Assembly: GCA_905178155.1 (NCBI GenBank)
Contig: CAJINV010000011.1
Location: forward strand, 1,949,939 to 2,013,938
Source of the DNA: Amoebophrya sp. A120
Lineage: Eukaryota > Protista > Dinoflagellata
DNA: 64,000 nucleotides
Reading direction: 5' to 3'
Of the stretch, positions 13,572-27,200 are shown piece after piece; within the stretch, counting starts at the first letter, position 1; the number at the start of each line of letters is the position of its first letter. A program made the translations under genes and the position numbers. The notes under the pieces are model-generated. The model made no database searches, was not told the origin of the DNA, and was given only the letters and a program-made list of their open reading frames with translations.

Positions 13572-16500
13572 CTAGTAAATCTGCGGCACTGCATCAAGGC
13601 CCCGCTGTAGTCTCGTCTGTACTCCATCACCCCCGACTCATGAGCCGGTTCATTTGTTGCAATTCCGCCGGCTTCGCGGGGGCACTCAAACTCCAGGGCA
13701 GCGCGAACACCTTGAGCAGGCCCTTGCTGCCCCCCGCGGCCAGCAGTCCCCGTTGCGTCGGGTTGAAGCGGACCCGCGTGACGTGTATGCATTGCAAAAG
13801 TGTAGTCTGGGTCTGTAAGAGCGCAATTTGTCATGCGGCTTTCGAATTCTGAGAAAATCAGTGTTGCATGAGCAGCAACTACAGAAGTTCCGCTTTATTT
13901 CCTACGCGGACGAGTAGAGGGTACTTACTTATTTCTCATGCGAAGTAGGCAGCATCAAAGAGCCCTCAAAAAATTTCTGATGCTAGGACATGCATCACAG
14001 ACATGATGGGTCACGCAAAACGTGCATGACAAAGGTTGCACTTTTGTCCGGATGTCTAGACATATTCGCAGTGGATAACGCGCTCGGAGGTTTTCTCGAA
14101 CGGGATCGCCACGACCGGTTCGTGTTTGGACTTCATCAGATATGCCTTGCAAATATGTCTGGATCTGGAAGAATGCAAGTTGTCATGCTAAGTCTCGAAT
14201 CGTGCAAAAGCCTGTGTTGCGTGCTTACCAAAAGCTGTCCATATCATTTGCCCAAGTTGAGCGGCAGTGGTCTCTCATGCGGGAGAGGCATGATAGAGAC
14301 CCAGCAGAATCTGTCATGCGAAGTTCTGTATGCCAGACATCACGGGTCATGGAAAATTAGCATGACAAGTCTTGCAATCTTCCAGAGGACCCAGACATAT
14401 TTGCATTTGATATCAGGTCGTAGATCACCAAACTGCCCTGTTCCGGCGCCACGGCGAACACCAACGGTCTGGCGTGACTCCAGGCCGCGTCGGCGAGCCC
14501 CACGGAGGCGCGCTGCTGCAGGTTCAGATCCCGGTTCGCGCCGCCGCCGACGGTGAGCAAAGGCGGGTAGAGTACGTACAGAGGGCGCTGCTGCAGAATG
14601 TCGAACAATTTGACCCCGCCGTCCAGGGCCGCGGTCAGCAGCATCTTCCGGTGAAACGGGGAAAACCGCGCTGCGACGATGGGCCCGCTGTGCGGCTCGA
14701 GGTCGGTGGTTTTGGGCTGCGGGAACAGCAGGTTTGGGTCGGGTTTCGACTTGAAAATCAAGGCCGCCGTGATGTTTTGGTCCTTTTCGGTGGCGGCCTG
14801 CCGCTGGAGAAAGGTCTCCACATGGTGCTGGATCCCCATCCGACTGGATACCGGGACGGCATCCAAGATCCGCAACGCGCTACCCTTCCACTGCCGGGCA
14901 CGCTCGCCGGAAATCTGTCGTGAAAACAATTGCATAATTCACGAATCAATTATGAATAGGGCTGCAGCAACCAATGCGGCAATTATCGGAATACGATGAA
15001 TCAATCATAATGTCACGTAAACGACGGAAACGAAGTAGAAGTTGCGGACAAGTGTTTCTCTCTCTAATGAAGTCAAATACTTGTGTGCTATCCGCGAGCA
15101 CTGCGGGGCACATGCCTCGGATCAACGAGCCCGTTTCTGAGCCCACCACAAACAGGGAGGAGTCGAAAGGGGAAAACGCGAGCGCGCGCCCACCGACGGT
15201 CCTCTTTCGCTGCAGCAGCGTGAATCCGCGGGAGGGGAAGGCGAGGTTATCGGCCACGTCCCACAGCAAGATGCGGCCGTCGCCCGACACGGTGGCCAGT
15301 AAGAACTTTTTGCCTTGCTCAATCCAGGAAATTTCGTGAATGGCTTCGCGGTGAAAGTAGTCGTCGATACCTGGTGGTGTAGTGTTTGTGGAAATTCATA
15401 TAAATTCTATGCGTGAACTCTTCATCTGCATCATCGAGAAGCAAGCTTTTTTTGGTGTTGGCAGCTAAACACAGAACAAAAACGCCGTCATGCGTGCAGC
15501 AACTGCAGAGCTTGGCTCTCCTAGAAATGACGTATAACAGTACTTGGAGTTACACGAGCAGCGCCGTGGTGCATAACGTTAGACGTCACATATGATATCA
15601 TCTGCATACTGCATGTGTTCCGCAAGTACTTAGGAAGCACAACTACACGGTTGAGTTTATTACGAAGTTCCAATGAGATGTCAGTCTCACCATGCCGTCG
15701 CGCAGAGGGTAATGCACGACGGCGCTACAACGTAGGCAGAAATGATTTTGATTTCCGCTACGAAGCATTATACTCGACATCGCGATTTGTGGGTCCGTGC
15801 TCGTCTGACTGGCATCCCAGAGAATCACCTCCCCGTTGTAGCTTCCTCCCGCAAGGATATTGGGCAATCTTGGGTGAAAGGATGAACTGCAAATGTGTCT
15901 GGATTTGCCATGCGAGTTTTGCAGGATATGATCTACGTCAAGATGCGTATTGCGTGACGCGGATTGGCGACTTTTTTGGTTGTGCGAAGAGCTAGTGTGG
16001 CATGCCAAATACAGAAGAACCGAAATAGATAGACCCGTGAGGCGCTCACACGACCTTGCCGGAAGTCCCTCTGACATGCGAGAGGTTTGACCACTCCGCA
16101 TGAAGTAACTAGAGCCAGACACATCATGTTTTCATTTGATAGAAAGGCAAGAGACACGACGTCGCCCTGCACTTCGATTTTTACGTCGGGAGGCCGCTCT
16201 CGACTCGTCGTATCCGAAGGTGCGGAGGGACCGCCGCCTGATGTTTCGATTGAAGATGATAGAATTGAGTGCAGCACGTCAATTAGCAGAAAATGTAAAA
16301 ACAAAAAGAACTTGTCGAAAGTTGGTAGTTTTACAGATGTTGTACGCGACCAGCGAGCACCAGTTGCATCAAAAAAAAAATATCAGAGCCGCTACAGATG
16401 AAACAGATGAAGATGTACTGGAGCCCCACTATACGTTGAAAGACGTGCCAGACGTGGACATAGCTGCTGTATTCGCACCAACCCAGCGTGTCGAGCTGCC

Positions 16501-18602
16501 CGTAACTGGCAGCGAGAATGTTCCCAGTTGCGTTCCAGGCGAGGTCCAATACCGCCGTGTTAGTACCCTGCTCCGTCGGTCCCTTCAGTAAGTGCACCGT
16601 TCGCACCGCCTCCTCCCCTTCCTCCTCCCACTTTGGTTCGTAGTGAGCGAAAGCCGGGAACTCCTCCTCTGCCGAGTCCAGCTCCAACAACGTGGGCTTC
16701 AGGACCTTTTTCATATGCAATGCAAAAGCATCGCACTAGTAGTAGTAAACTGCATTACAAATTTTTCAGCATGACAAATGGAATCTGTCATGCGGATTTA
16801 TCTTGAAAAGCAGATTTGAAGGCCCTAAAATATCCACCTTTTCGCCCATCTTTTCAAATTTTGGCCAGTTGATTGCGCGGCGCCCTCGCCGATTATCGCG
16901 TAGCGCCTCTTCGATGGCGGCTGCGCGTCCGCCTTTGCAAACGCGCCAAGCCGGGCTGTTCTATTTCTGCCCCGAGGCCCGGGGCAGAAACGCAAGCCAA
17001 AGACCCCAAAGAGAAAAGCCACCCAAACGAGCCTCCCAATCATATGAGGCCATGGACCCTGAGCGCGCCTCTGCTTGCGCAGGTAAGGCAAGGCGCCCGG
17101 CAATAGCGACAAACGCGGAAAATGCCCCCGGCGAATTTACCCTCCACAAGGCGCAGCCAAGCGAAAGGCTGCGCCCCCCCTCTTATCAGCCCCGGCCTGG
17201 CTTGGGCCTGATTCGGAAACAGCGCCCACCGCATCTTTTCAAAATTTGGAAAGTGAGCAGCCACCTATCAAATTTTGAAAAGATGCAGAAAGAGCATCTT
17301 TTCAAAATTTGATAGCTTTCAAAGTTGAAAAGATGAGCACTTTGCGTGGCTGCATCTTTTCAACTTCTTTCTCGGCCGAGTGAATGCATTCTCCCGGTTT
17401 TGTTCTTGTTTCTGCATGTCGCGGAGATGTGCATGACAAGTTGGCCTCACAACTCCTACCACACTCCTCCACCAAGCTGCAAAAAGAAAAACAAGACCCG
17501 GAAAATCTGTCAGGCAATATCGCCAGCCAGGATCTGCGGTCGAGCTGCTCGAGAGGCTTTATGTATGAGAATGCAACGAAATGGCGGCAAACCGATAGAG
17601 CAAATTTTGAAAAGATGGGCGTAGAGATGGATTTTTTAGGGCCTACAAGATTTTTCATGCATAGTTGCGATTTTTACTGCGAGTAAGATACTTTTGCAAT
17701 GCATATTTCAGAAAATGCAGCAGCTTCTCGTCGGACACATTGGCTTTTTGGTTCACCAGCCAGGTGGTCGACGTCGAGCTCGCACTGTTGCTGGTTCCAG
17801 TAAGCTATGAAATGCAAAAATGTCTGGGTCTGGAAACTTGTGATGCTAAAATGTGCTTGATGAAAACGCATCCGAATGCAGTCCGGCATGACAACTTCCC
17901 AAAACGCTTTCTCATAGGCAATCCGCATGAGAAACTGCGTTTTTGCATGACAAAAGCGGCTGCGACTTTTGTTGGTTATGCAATGCAGATTTTCTAGGTA
18001 TGAAAAGCTAGCATTACAAGTTGCAATCTTCCAGACCCAGACATTTTTGCAATCCATATGAGCGGTTGCAGGTCAATCAGCCCCTGCTCGACCTGCTCAA
18101 AAATGTCCGCGGTCTGTATCGAAGCGTCAGGATTGAAATCCTCAAAGTTGAAATAATTTCTCATGCTGAAATTGCAAGGCATGAAGTGCCTCTCTTGCAA
18201 GGATTGCAAACGAGACCGATTGTGAGCCTGTTTCGGGTTTGGAATAGAGCTGCTAAAGTAGCATGACAAAAGGCGCCTGCTGTCCCTAAACAGCATGACA
18301 AACTGGTTTTAGACGGTGCCGAAATTTGTCATGCGCCGCTGGAGAATTGGGCTTCAGCTGGTATCGATTTTATGCATTACAAATAATTTCAACTTTGACG
18401 GTTTCAATCCTGACGCTTCCATAGTCTGGGTCTCGATCGTCTTCAGATTGCTCGCTTGAATCCGCATGTTTCGCAGCCCGATCTTCTCGGTCTGCATCTT
18501 CTGCTCGGCGACCTTTGGCTTCCGCTCCGGCTTCGACGGGATCGCAAAGGACTCCACGTCGCTGTGCGCAAAGTTCACGCGGGAGGGACCGGTGGCCGGC
18601 AT
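13572..18602 (-). CDS. WDR34: WD40 protein, cytoplasmic dynein-2 intermediate chain (WDR34/FAP133-like)
   Basis: LAWNATGNILAASYGQLDTLGWCE, FHPRLPNILAGGSYNGEVILWD, DDYFHREAI, HSGPIVAARFSPFHRKMLLTAALDG resemble WDR34 repeats. ATG 18602, TAG 13572; six introners. Confidence 0.85.
13786..14077. mobile_element. Introner family B
   Basis: Family B TIR; TSD ACGTG/ACGCG. Confidence 0.85.
14141..14412. mobile_element. Introner family B
   Basis: Family B TIR; TSD TCAGA/TCAGG. Confidence 0.88.
15881..16141. mobile_element. Introner family B (left end GAT)
   Basis: Degenerate TIR; TSD GAAAG. Confidence 0.8.
16714..17705. mobile_element. Introner family F enlarged by a nested TIR element
   Basis: TIR TATGCA.TGCAAAAG.ATC; TSD TTTCA; frame HFL/KKVLKP restored. 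Confidence 0.88.
16818..17647. mobile_element. TIR element nested inside introner 16714-17705
   Basis: TIR AGGCCCTAAAA..TCCA....CGCCCATCTTTTCAAA at both ends; flanking AGATTT direct repeat; internal CATCTTTTCAAA motif repeated in both orientations. Confidence 0.75.
17806..18058. mobile_element. Introner family B
   Basis: Family B TIR; TSD TAAGC/TGAGC. Confidence 0.88.
18117..18423. mobile_element. Introner family A
   Basis: Family A TIR; TSD GTCTG. Confidence 0.92.
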
Positions 18603-19171
18603 GGTTTTTAAGTTCGTTGTACAACCGGCAGTCAGCACGGTGTGAAGGTGAACTTCAACTTAGATATTTACACTGCTAGAGCTAGTGGAAAAACCACGAC
18701 AACCAAGAGGACAACGAAAGAAGAAGAACTAGCACTTCTCGTACACTCGCAACCTTCGTAAGCACCACAACCACAGCACGCAGCAAAGTTTAAGTTTTTG
18801 TACTTAGTTTTAACCTTCATTCTCTCGCTCTCCATGAAACCGACGCGGAACCACCGTCCTGTTGCTGTTGTGATTGATGCAATACAATGCATGCCAGTCT
18901 GCAGTAGACTTCTCACCATATGTACCTTTTCTTCGTCTCTGCACTCAAATGCAGACGACAGTATCAGCTGCAAAAACTACAGGTGTTGGTTTTAGTCACA
19001 AGAACGTTCTTTCAACAGTTGTATCTTCACTAAGACGTCATTTTGACATCCTCTTTGTGCTGGTGAGTCGCGGCCTTCGATAGTATGAGTACCTCCCCCC
19101 CAACTACCTGCATTCGAACGATGCAAGAGCTTGAGCGGTCTGGTAAAGCACACTTCGAAATTTCGTACATG

Positions 19172-20479
19172 TCAAAGTCGCTGTCGTTTCGGCTCCTGTA
19201 CTTCTTGCGTTCTTGGAGCTCCTGTCAAGTCATGGGCTGATGTTGCTGTTCCTGTACCAACACTTTCTCCACTAGCTGTGCGGGTGGGATTCCTCGTTTC
19301 ATCTAAATTCCCTGTCACTTTATTTGCACGATGATTGTTCTTCAAATGTTTCACTTTCTCCCGCACCATTGCCACTAATCTTTCCCCGTCAGCGGGCGTG
19401 AACCCGGTATTTCCATCCGTCAAGAGAAGCGTGCTTTGGTCGAAAGAGTCCCGCAAAGCTTCCATGTCGTCGACTATGATAAAGTTGTTCGTCAAACAAC
19501 TAGAATTCCCACATCTGGAGGTTGCGGCACGTAATGTACGAGTTGCCTGTTCACGACCCCGAGGACCTTCAAGTACTTCAAGCAGACAATTTTCCGCGGC
19601 GAAGTTCCGTATTTCCAGATGCCGCATGTCATACGCTATCTCTTCCGTCTCTCCGCAAAAAAAGTCGGGTCGCACCTTGACCTTCATCCTCTGCAAAAAT
19701 TGTTGTACCATTGTATTTGTAAGCGTAACTCGTAGCGTACAAATTCCCATGTTGTATGACAGAAGATCTTTTTTCCTTTCGTATCAGAAATCCTTTATTC
19801 AGCACAACAGATTTCCTTTTTCCTTCCCAAAAAAAAATTGTCGATGGAAAAATTATCAAATTTCGTGTTGTACAATAGGTTAGCTGGTGTACGATACACC
19901 TTTACAACAACTTTTACACCGGATAAACTGTCTCTCGAGGTATTTCTGCAGTTTCAGTTTTCTTATCAGTCGTGTGCGCCACGAGCTGGAGAGGACGACT
20001 TGGACTTGACACTGGGGAATATTGTTCAACACAGCATCATCACAACTATTCGTCCCCATGTTCCTGTCACTCAGCACAACTTGCTCCGCCTTCTGAACCG
20101 CGGCTATGAATTCTCGGCAGTTGTCCTCGTGCAGTGTGAGGGCAAACCCCCCGAGTTTATTCAAAACGCCGTCGACGTCGAGAAAGATTTTCAGCGATGT
20201 ACTCTGCCAGTGCCGTCCCCATCCGACTTTTGTCACCGCAAGCAGCTCGAGCGCCGCTTCGATCAAGTCTTGCTTTTCCGTAAAGTTGACTTCGTTGTTG
20301 GCGTCGTACTCTTCCCGGTGCAGCAGCAGCTTGAGCTCCTTCACGGAAAGCTTTTCGATTTTTCGTCTTGCCTCGTCGTAGCTACTTTTAGCGACTCCTG
20401 GATTAGAATTTACTGCATTTGAGGAAGAAGTTGCGGCCTCATTGGAAGTGGCGAGTGCCTCAAACACGAGCTCCTGCAT
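19172..20479 (-). CDS. HAD-superfamily protein, resembling the Swiss Army Knife RNA-repair-like HAD domain
   Basis: Two exons joined by a GT-AG intron (~19691-19897). Motifs IFLDVDGVLN, VVLSSSWR, MRHLEI, FIIVDD, TDGNTGFT. Confidence 0.7.
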
Positions 20480-21201
20480 TAGACGACCTGACACTTTTAC
20501 TTAGTATTAATTTACTCGGATATTATATCTCTCATGCTTATTGATCTTGAGTTTAGAAATCTTTCTCAGAATGCGTTTCTACACCTCATGATCCGGGAAC
20601 TGGTCACAAGTAATTTGCGTCACAATGCTTGGTTGAGCAGATACGGTCACTCCTCTGATCCCGAGGCGAGCGTACAACCAATGACGAGTGGGCAACGGCG
20701 ATTTATAGTAGACTCTACTGCTTCATCTGCTTTGGGTTTCTATCTATTGCCGATATCATCAACAAGAAAGGCGGTGTGACATCATCATCATAGAAAACAG
20801 TCATAAGAATGATACCGAGAAATAGAGATAGGACACTAAACTTGATGTCCGAAACCCGTTGCAAATAGCAGAACACGTCGCCCGCAAGTCTGATCTGCAC
20901 GAGGCAGTGCTAGATGACTAACCCTGCCGCTACTTGCTTGAGGCAAGTTGCTTCCCGAGAACAACCCAAAGTTGTTGAGGACCTCAGGCAGCCCGTGTTT
21001 TATTCTCATTTACATGCATTTTTTTTCTTTCTAAACATACACCAGAAACGGAAACCCTGTGCTTTATCATAAAATTACTATCTTGCCAGCATCGTCCTCC
21101 GAGCCACTGTTTCTATCCACAGACACCTCGAAAATACTCAGCAGTGCTTTTTTAAATTGTCATCTGACTGGTCATTTATTTTACATGCTATCAAGTCTTT
21201 T

Positions 21202-24200
21202 TTATCCGTTTCGGAATCTCAGGTCCGACTCTGCAGCTACCTTCGTGGAAGTTGTAGGCAGTAGTTGCGAATTCCTCTTCTGGTTCAGCATCTGCAGTGC
21301 CCGCGACACTTTGGACCGTCGCTATCAAATGCAAAAATGTCTGCGTCTGGGGGATTGCGAGATTTGTCATGCTAGTCTGGCATGACTCTGAACTCTGCAT
21401 TGCGTGGCCGCGAAGCGGTCCTCTTGGCTGTCATGCAAAGACGCAGTTTCTCATGCGGATTACGCAACTCAGACCCACGGAAAACCTTCTCATGCTTGGC
21501 AGCGCATTATAGTGCGCTCACTATTCCCTGCCTTGCATCACAAGTTTCCAGACCCACACATATTTGCATTGGATAGTCGCCCCCGGTAGACAAACTTTTC
21601 CTCTTTCCGCTTTTTCGCGAACAACTTCGGCCCGGTGTAGTAGGGCAGCGGCTTGTAGAGCGTATCCGAGTAGCCGGGATGGCCGGCGACGCAGACGAGG
21701 TTGACGTAGTACCGTTTCCCGCCGTGTAGACTGTGCGGGTCGTCCGGGATATTGTAGCCGAGGTGGGTACTGCTGCCGTTGTTGGAAATGGAGCGGAGCT
21801 CGGGCGTGCCACTGGTCTCGTTCTGCAGGATCACATTGGGCACGTCGATTTCCGGATTCAAGAACGTCTCGTTTTCGTAAAACACCATCCACCCGTAGTG
21901 TAACGCGTCGAACCAGAATTCGGTCCAGTTTCGGGGGTTGTTCCCCCGGCCGGGGATCTGGAACACCGGAAGGCTCCCATTGCGGCTGTCGTAGAACACC
22001 ATGGGATGGGCCTGGTCGTAGGCCAGTATCAAAATGAAAAATGCCCCCTCCGCATATCAAAACGAAAACTTGTGATGCTGATTTGTGGTCGTGATGCTGA
22101 TTTGTGGTCACATATCATCTTTGTCATGCATTTAGCGCCATAGGAGCCATGTGACGCATTCCAGAGCAAGTCTGTCAATCATGCGCTTTCGACTACTGCA
22201 AGCCTGTTTGTCATGCGCAATTGCTAGCCTTCTGCATACCCAAACGGGCTCAGAAAATGCCGCCAAGCACTTTCTGCAAGACAGATCTGATTTGTGTACG
22301 CGAATCCAGCATCAGAAATTTCGTTGCGATATGGGGAGAGGGGACTTTTCCTCTCAATAGCCAGGTGCAGATCCCCGTAAATGCCGTTTCGCGGGTACAT
22401 CCGCTGCCGAAAATACCACGCGGGTTCCTATAAATTGCAAACTTATCGTACTAGTAGTAATTGCATTACAAATTAGCTCAGCATTACAAGTTGAATTTGT
22501 AATGCTGGTTTACATTGAGAAGGAGATTTGTCATGCGTAATTGCGATTAGTACGAGTACGATACTAACTTTTGCACGGGATAGCTCCATAGCGCCAACGT
22601 TTTGCGGGCAGCAGATCCGGTTGGCGGTCAGCCAGTCTACTTTCCACCGGAGCTTCACCGTTTCGTTGATGCAGATCTGAATCACGTAGGGGGTGGTTGT
22701 GGTGGTTGTTGTGGTGGTGGTGGTGGACATCTTGCGGCACAAGATGTAGTTCGCCTTGGGCTTGCCCCCGCCAATAAATTTGTCGGTGTACAGCACGCAC
22801 TTGTTTCCGTTGGTTTCCAGGGCGACGCAACTGGGGTAAATCCAGCAGTATGCATTGCAAATATGTCTGGGTCTGCAAAGTTGGAACCTGTAATGCTGGT
22901 TTTGCATTCCTGCGGAACCTGTGTTGCACGACCAACAAAAGTCGCAGCCTCTCCCGTCGTACAAAAACGCAGTTTCTCATGCGGGGCACGTATGAGAAAG
23001 CGTTCTGCAAACTTGTCATGCTTTCCCGCATAGGGAAGTGTTTTCATCATGCACGTTTTAGCATCACAAATTTCCAGACCCAGACATATTTGCATTTGAT
23101 AAGCACATAGCGCCACACATTTCGATGTCGTCCACGTTTTTCGGCTGGACCACCAGGTGCTCGTGCGGCGTGTTGTACCGGGTGGGCGGGTTGGCGTAGA
23201 TGTGCAATCCGGTACTGTCTATCAAATGCAAATATGTCTGGGTCTGGAAGATTGCAACTGGACTCTAAAAAAATTTGTATTGCATGACCAGCAAGAGGGG
23301 TACAGTTTGTGCCACACGGACAGGGGGGCATTTCTCATGCGGAAGGTGCATCAGGAAGCCCTCTAAAAGTCTGCGATGCTCGGTCATGCATCACAGGCAT
23401 CATGGGTCATGGGAAATATGCATGACAAGTCTCGCATTCTCCCAGACCCAGACATTTTTGCATTTGATACTGTCCGCGCCGGGGCGGGGTGTTGGGCGGT
23501 ACCCCGTGGGGCAATCGCTTGGGTCCGGACCTGGTGGGGGTGCAGGTGAGAGAACTATAGTACTTCAGTTTCAGTATTTGCTGGTCCTTTCTCGTGCAAA
23601 TAATTGAAATTCGATAGTAATATCAGGAGGCATGGTTATATACGATCACAATTATCAAGATCCAGTGTAGATAAGCACTTTCTTAAGTACTTACTATATA
23701 CCCTTCGGCATGTAGAGGGCGATGCTGTCGTTCGCACCCACCGGCCCGTCCGGCGCTCCGCGCGCGTGGAAGGCATTGCAGGAGGAATCCCCGGCCCAGT
23801 CGTCCGTCTATGCATTGCAAAGATGGCTGGGTCTGGATGGATGCAAGGTTTGTCATGCTTGTCTGGCATGACTGAAGAATTTGTGATGCGTGTCCAAGAA
23901 CAGATCCTTTTGCTTATCATGCAAAACGCAGTTTCTCATGCGGAATTCGCAGCACTAAACAGCGCAAATATTTCTCATGCGTGGCTGTGCATTACAGAGA
24001 ATTCACTCCTCGCAACTCAGCATTGCGAGTTTCCAGACCCAGACATATTTGCATTTGATACCGCCGTCGCATATTCGATGTTGTTCGTGCACGAGCAGTA
24101 GTCTCCGAACCCGGAGAACGGATTGCTGTGATTGTTTTTTACCCCGAACCAGAAGAACGGTTCCAGCTGGTTGGTGCCCGCCAAGGAGAGGCCGAAGCTG

Positions 24201-27200
24201 GAAACAAGGAACTCCTTTCTCTTCGTAGGATCCGACAAATCCGCGTCTAAAATGTTGTTTCCGTTATACACCAGTTCGTCGCCCAGCGGGTTCCCGGGAG
24301 CCGGGTGGTTTTCGTACACTCCGGGGGTTTGCCCGTGGCAGTACTTGTGACAGGCGTGAAGCTCGTCGTTTTCCATCTGCAGTTTCCCGGCGCCCGAGGG
24401 ATCGTCTTTGGCGGAGCAGGTGGTGCCGTACCCCAACCACCGGGAGAAGCGAATGGCCTTGATTTTGTCGTCCAGACTCGTGTCCTTAATCTGCATCCGT
24501 ATGCGTTGAAAACATGTCTGGGTATCAAAGTCCCACGTTTGTCATACGCATTTTGGTTTTGCTTGGCCCATGATGTCTCTGACGTATGCCCTAGCATCAC
24601 AGATTTTTACAGGGCTTCGTTCTTGATGCGCATATATCCCGCATGAGAAATGCCCTCTCCGCGTAGCACGAACTGAAACCCTCTTGCTGGTCACAATACA
24701 GATTTTTTACAAAATCCAAAGGCAGCATCACAAGTTCGCATTCTTGTCGAACCAGACATATTTGCCCTTCATAATCCGGTCCTCAAGCCGAAATTGGTCG
24801 TACCAACAGCCCACGTAGATGTACTCTTTGTTGTCAACGGTGACCACCGTTTTGTTGAAGTGGGTAGGGTCGATTGTCGTCGTCGTGGTTGTCGAGGCTT
24901 CGATCTCGCAGTATCAACTGCAAGTACAAATCCGGATCTGGAACAAGACAAATGCCGACTTTTGTAAGTATATGCATCTTTCGGATCACCCGAATGGTGT
25001 CTGATGCACGCAAAAGCTTTACAGTTTTTGCGGACGCCTCTTGGTCTCTCTTGAACGTGATGCCTGCCTCGCGTGAGATGAAACTGCCGCCTTGCGTAGC
25101 TAGCAGGAAGTGGGCACCAACTTTTGGCGCTCACGCAACACAAATCTTTGTGTGTTCCAGAATTTGCATCACAAGTTTTCGTCCTTCCAGACCCAGTCAT
25201 ATAATTTGCCATTCATATACAGCCCACCATCTTGATCTCGTCCCCGGGAAACTCGCAGTAGAACTCTATCGCAAGAAAAAACTGTTTCACTGTGAACTTG
25301 TGATGCATGGAATGGAACACAGAACGATTTGTCTTGCTACACCCCCAACGCATTGGATTTTTAAGCGTGTTTTCCCTTGGGAAGCGCGCATGGCAAGTTT
25401 TCTGTGTCATGTGTAGCAAACTTGTGATGCGGATCTTGCAAAACCATCACAGTGAAACAGTTTTTTCGTTGGATAAACTCCGGGTCATGTGTAACGTGCT
25501 CAGCTGTTACAATCTCAAACGTTACGATAGTAATGGAAATTTGTGCTGCAAAAAGTGCATCATCTACCGAGTGCACTCTCACAGGATTGCGCATGACAAG
25601 TTCCGGAGTCCCAATCCGCGCTAGAATCTGGCAAATTTGTATTGCAGAAAGTGGAACGCTGTGCGAGTCTGTCATGCTCAACATCTTCATGCAACACGAC
25701 ACAACCCAGATTCTATCCATTGCAACGTTTGAGACTGTAATGCTTGTTGAGCAGGTCATATCATGCCCGACCCAATTCGACTCGTTGCAGGTTGCCTTGT
25801 GCAAGTCCGTCCCCACAATGGTGCCGTTCACGGACCCGTTCGGGTGCCCAACGTACACGTGAATCGCGTCGCTCTCGTTCATGGGGGGCAGCTATGCATA
25901 GCAAAAATGTCTGGAAACTTGTGATGCAAGGACGGGAATGGTGAGCCTGAGCACATCACTGTAATTGAAATTATGCGCTGCCAAGTATGACAAGTTTTTC
26001 CGTGGTTCATCTGAAGAGTTGTGTACTCGGCATGTTGAGATGAAACTGCGTTTTTACGTGAGAGGCAAGAGGAGCTCTTTGATGATGCGGCCACGCAGCA
26101 CAGAGTTCAGAGTCATCCCAGGAGACCCAGAAATTTTTTCAATGCATAGCAGCATCGACGTCAGCTCTGCCTCCCAGTCAATCTGCTCGTAGTACGCGAT
26201 CCTGATTTTAGTTTAGTTATGGTTCAATAGTTTTTCGTGTTCCATCCGCTTGTTTTTCTTCTTGATGACATAATTCATGCAGAGATCAGCTACTCGTGGG
26301 AGTTGTAGCGAGAGTATATCGTACGTGTTTTCAACAAAGATCTTCGACGAGTATTCTTTATCGATGATTCTTGAACTTGATTTGTTCACAGCTCTACTGA
26401 TAAGAAGTCTTAAACGACTGGCTCTACTTCTGGTTCTGAATCTGATTAGATGTAAATTATACTTCTCCGAAACATTGGAGTCGTTTGCCGGTGCCTTGCA
26501 GCCCTCCTGGCAACAGTAGGTGGCGCACTTGGCCGCCGGAAATTGTCCTGTGTAAAAACGTCCCCACCCCAGAGTTGTCATGCAAATCTGCATGCTGAAA
26601 ATGTTTCTCACGCGGAGCCCCATGAGAAGCATTTTCTAATGCGGTTTGTAAATCTGTAATGCGCCAATGAGCATGAGCTACTAGATCTCTAATGCTGCTC
26701 AGCTAACTCAAACAGCACTACACTACGCGTCCAAATTTGTCATTCGAAACAGCCAAAGCTTATGGATTTGTCTAGCGGATTTCCCATCTTGACTCTGGTG
26801 TGGGGACATTTTTACTCAGGATAGAAAGGTGCCATTGCTCAAAGCCTGTTCCTGCGTCAGCCCGGCGCAGAAATGGTGCGAGTACTGCGGCACGAAGTAG
26901 GCCTCGATGCCCATGTAATCCCGCACGGCCGGGCAGTCCACGCCGGCGCACGTGGGAAAGCAGGACACCTCGTGCGCCCGGGGGTAGTCCTTGCGAATTT
27001 CGTATCCCACATCGCACTCGTAGTACTCGTCGCACAACTGGCTGTTGTTGTGGGGACAGGGGTCGTACTCGTTCAGAACTCCGTTGCTGCAGGTACAAAT
27101 GTTGTCGGGGTGGTAGGTTGGCTGCGTCGCATTTGTACCAGTCGCGTTCGCGGTCGCGTTAGTTTTGGTCGACGAGGTGGTGTATCCACTGCAAAGAAAT

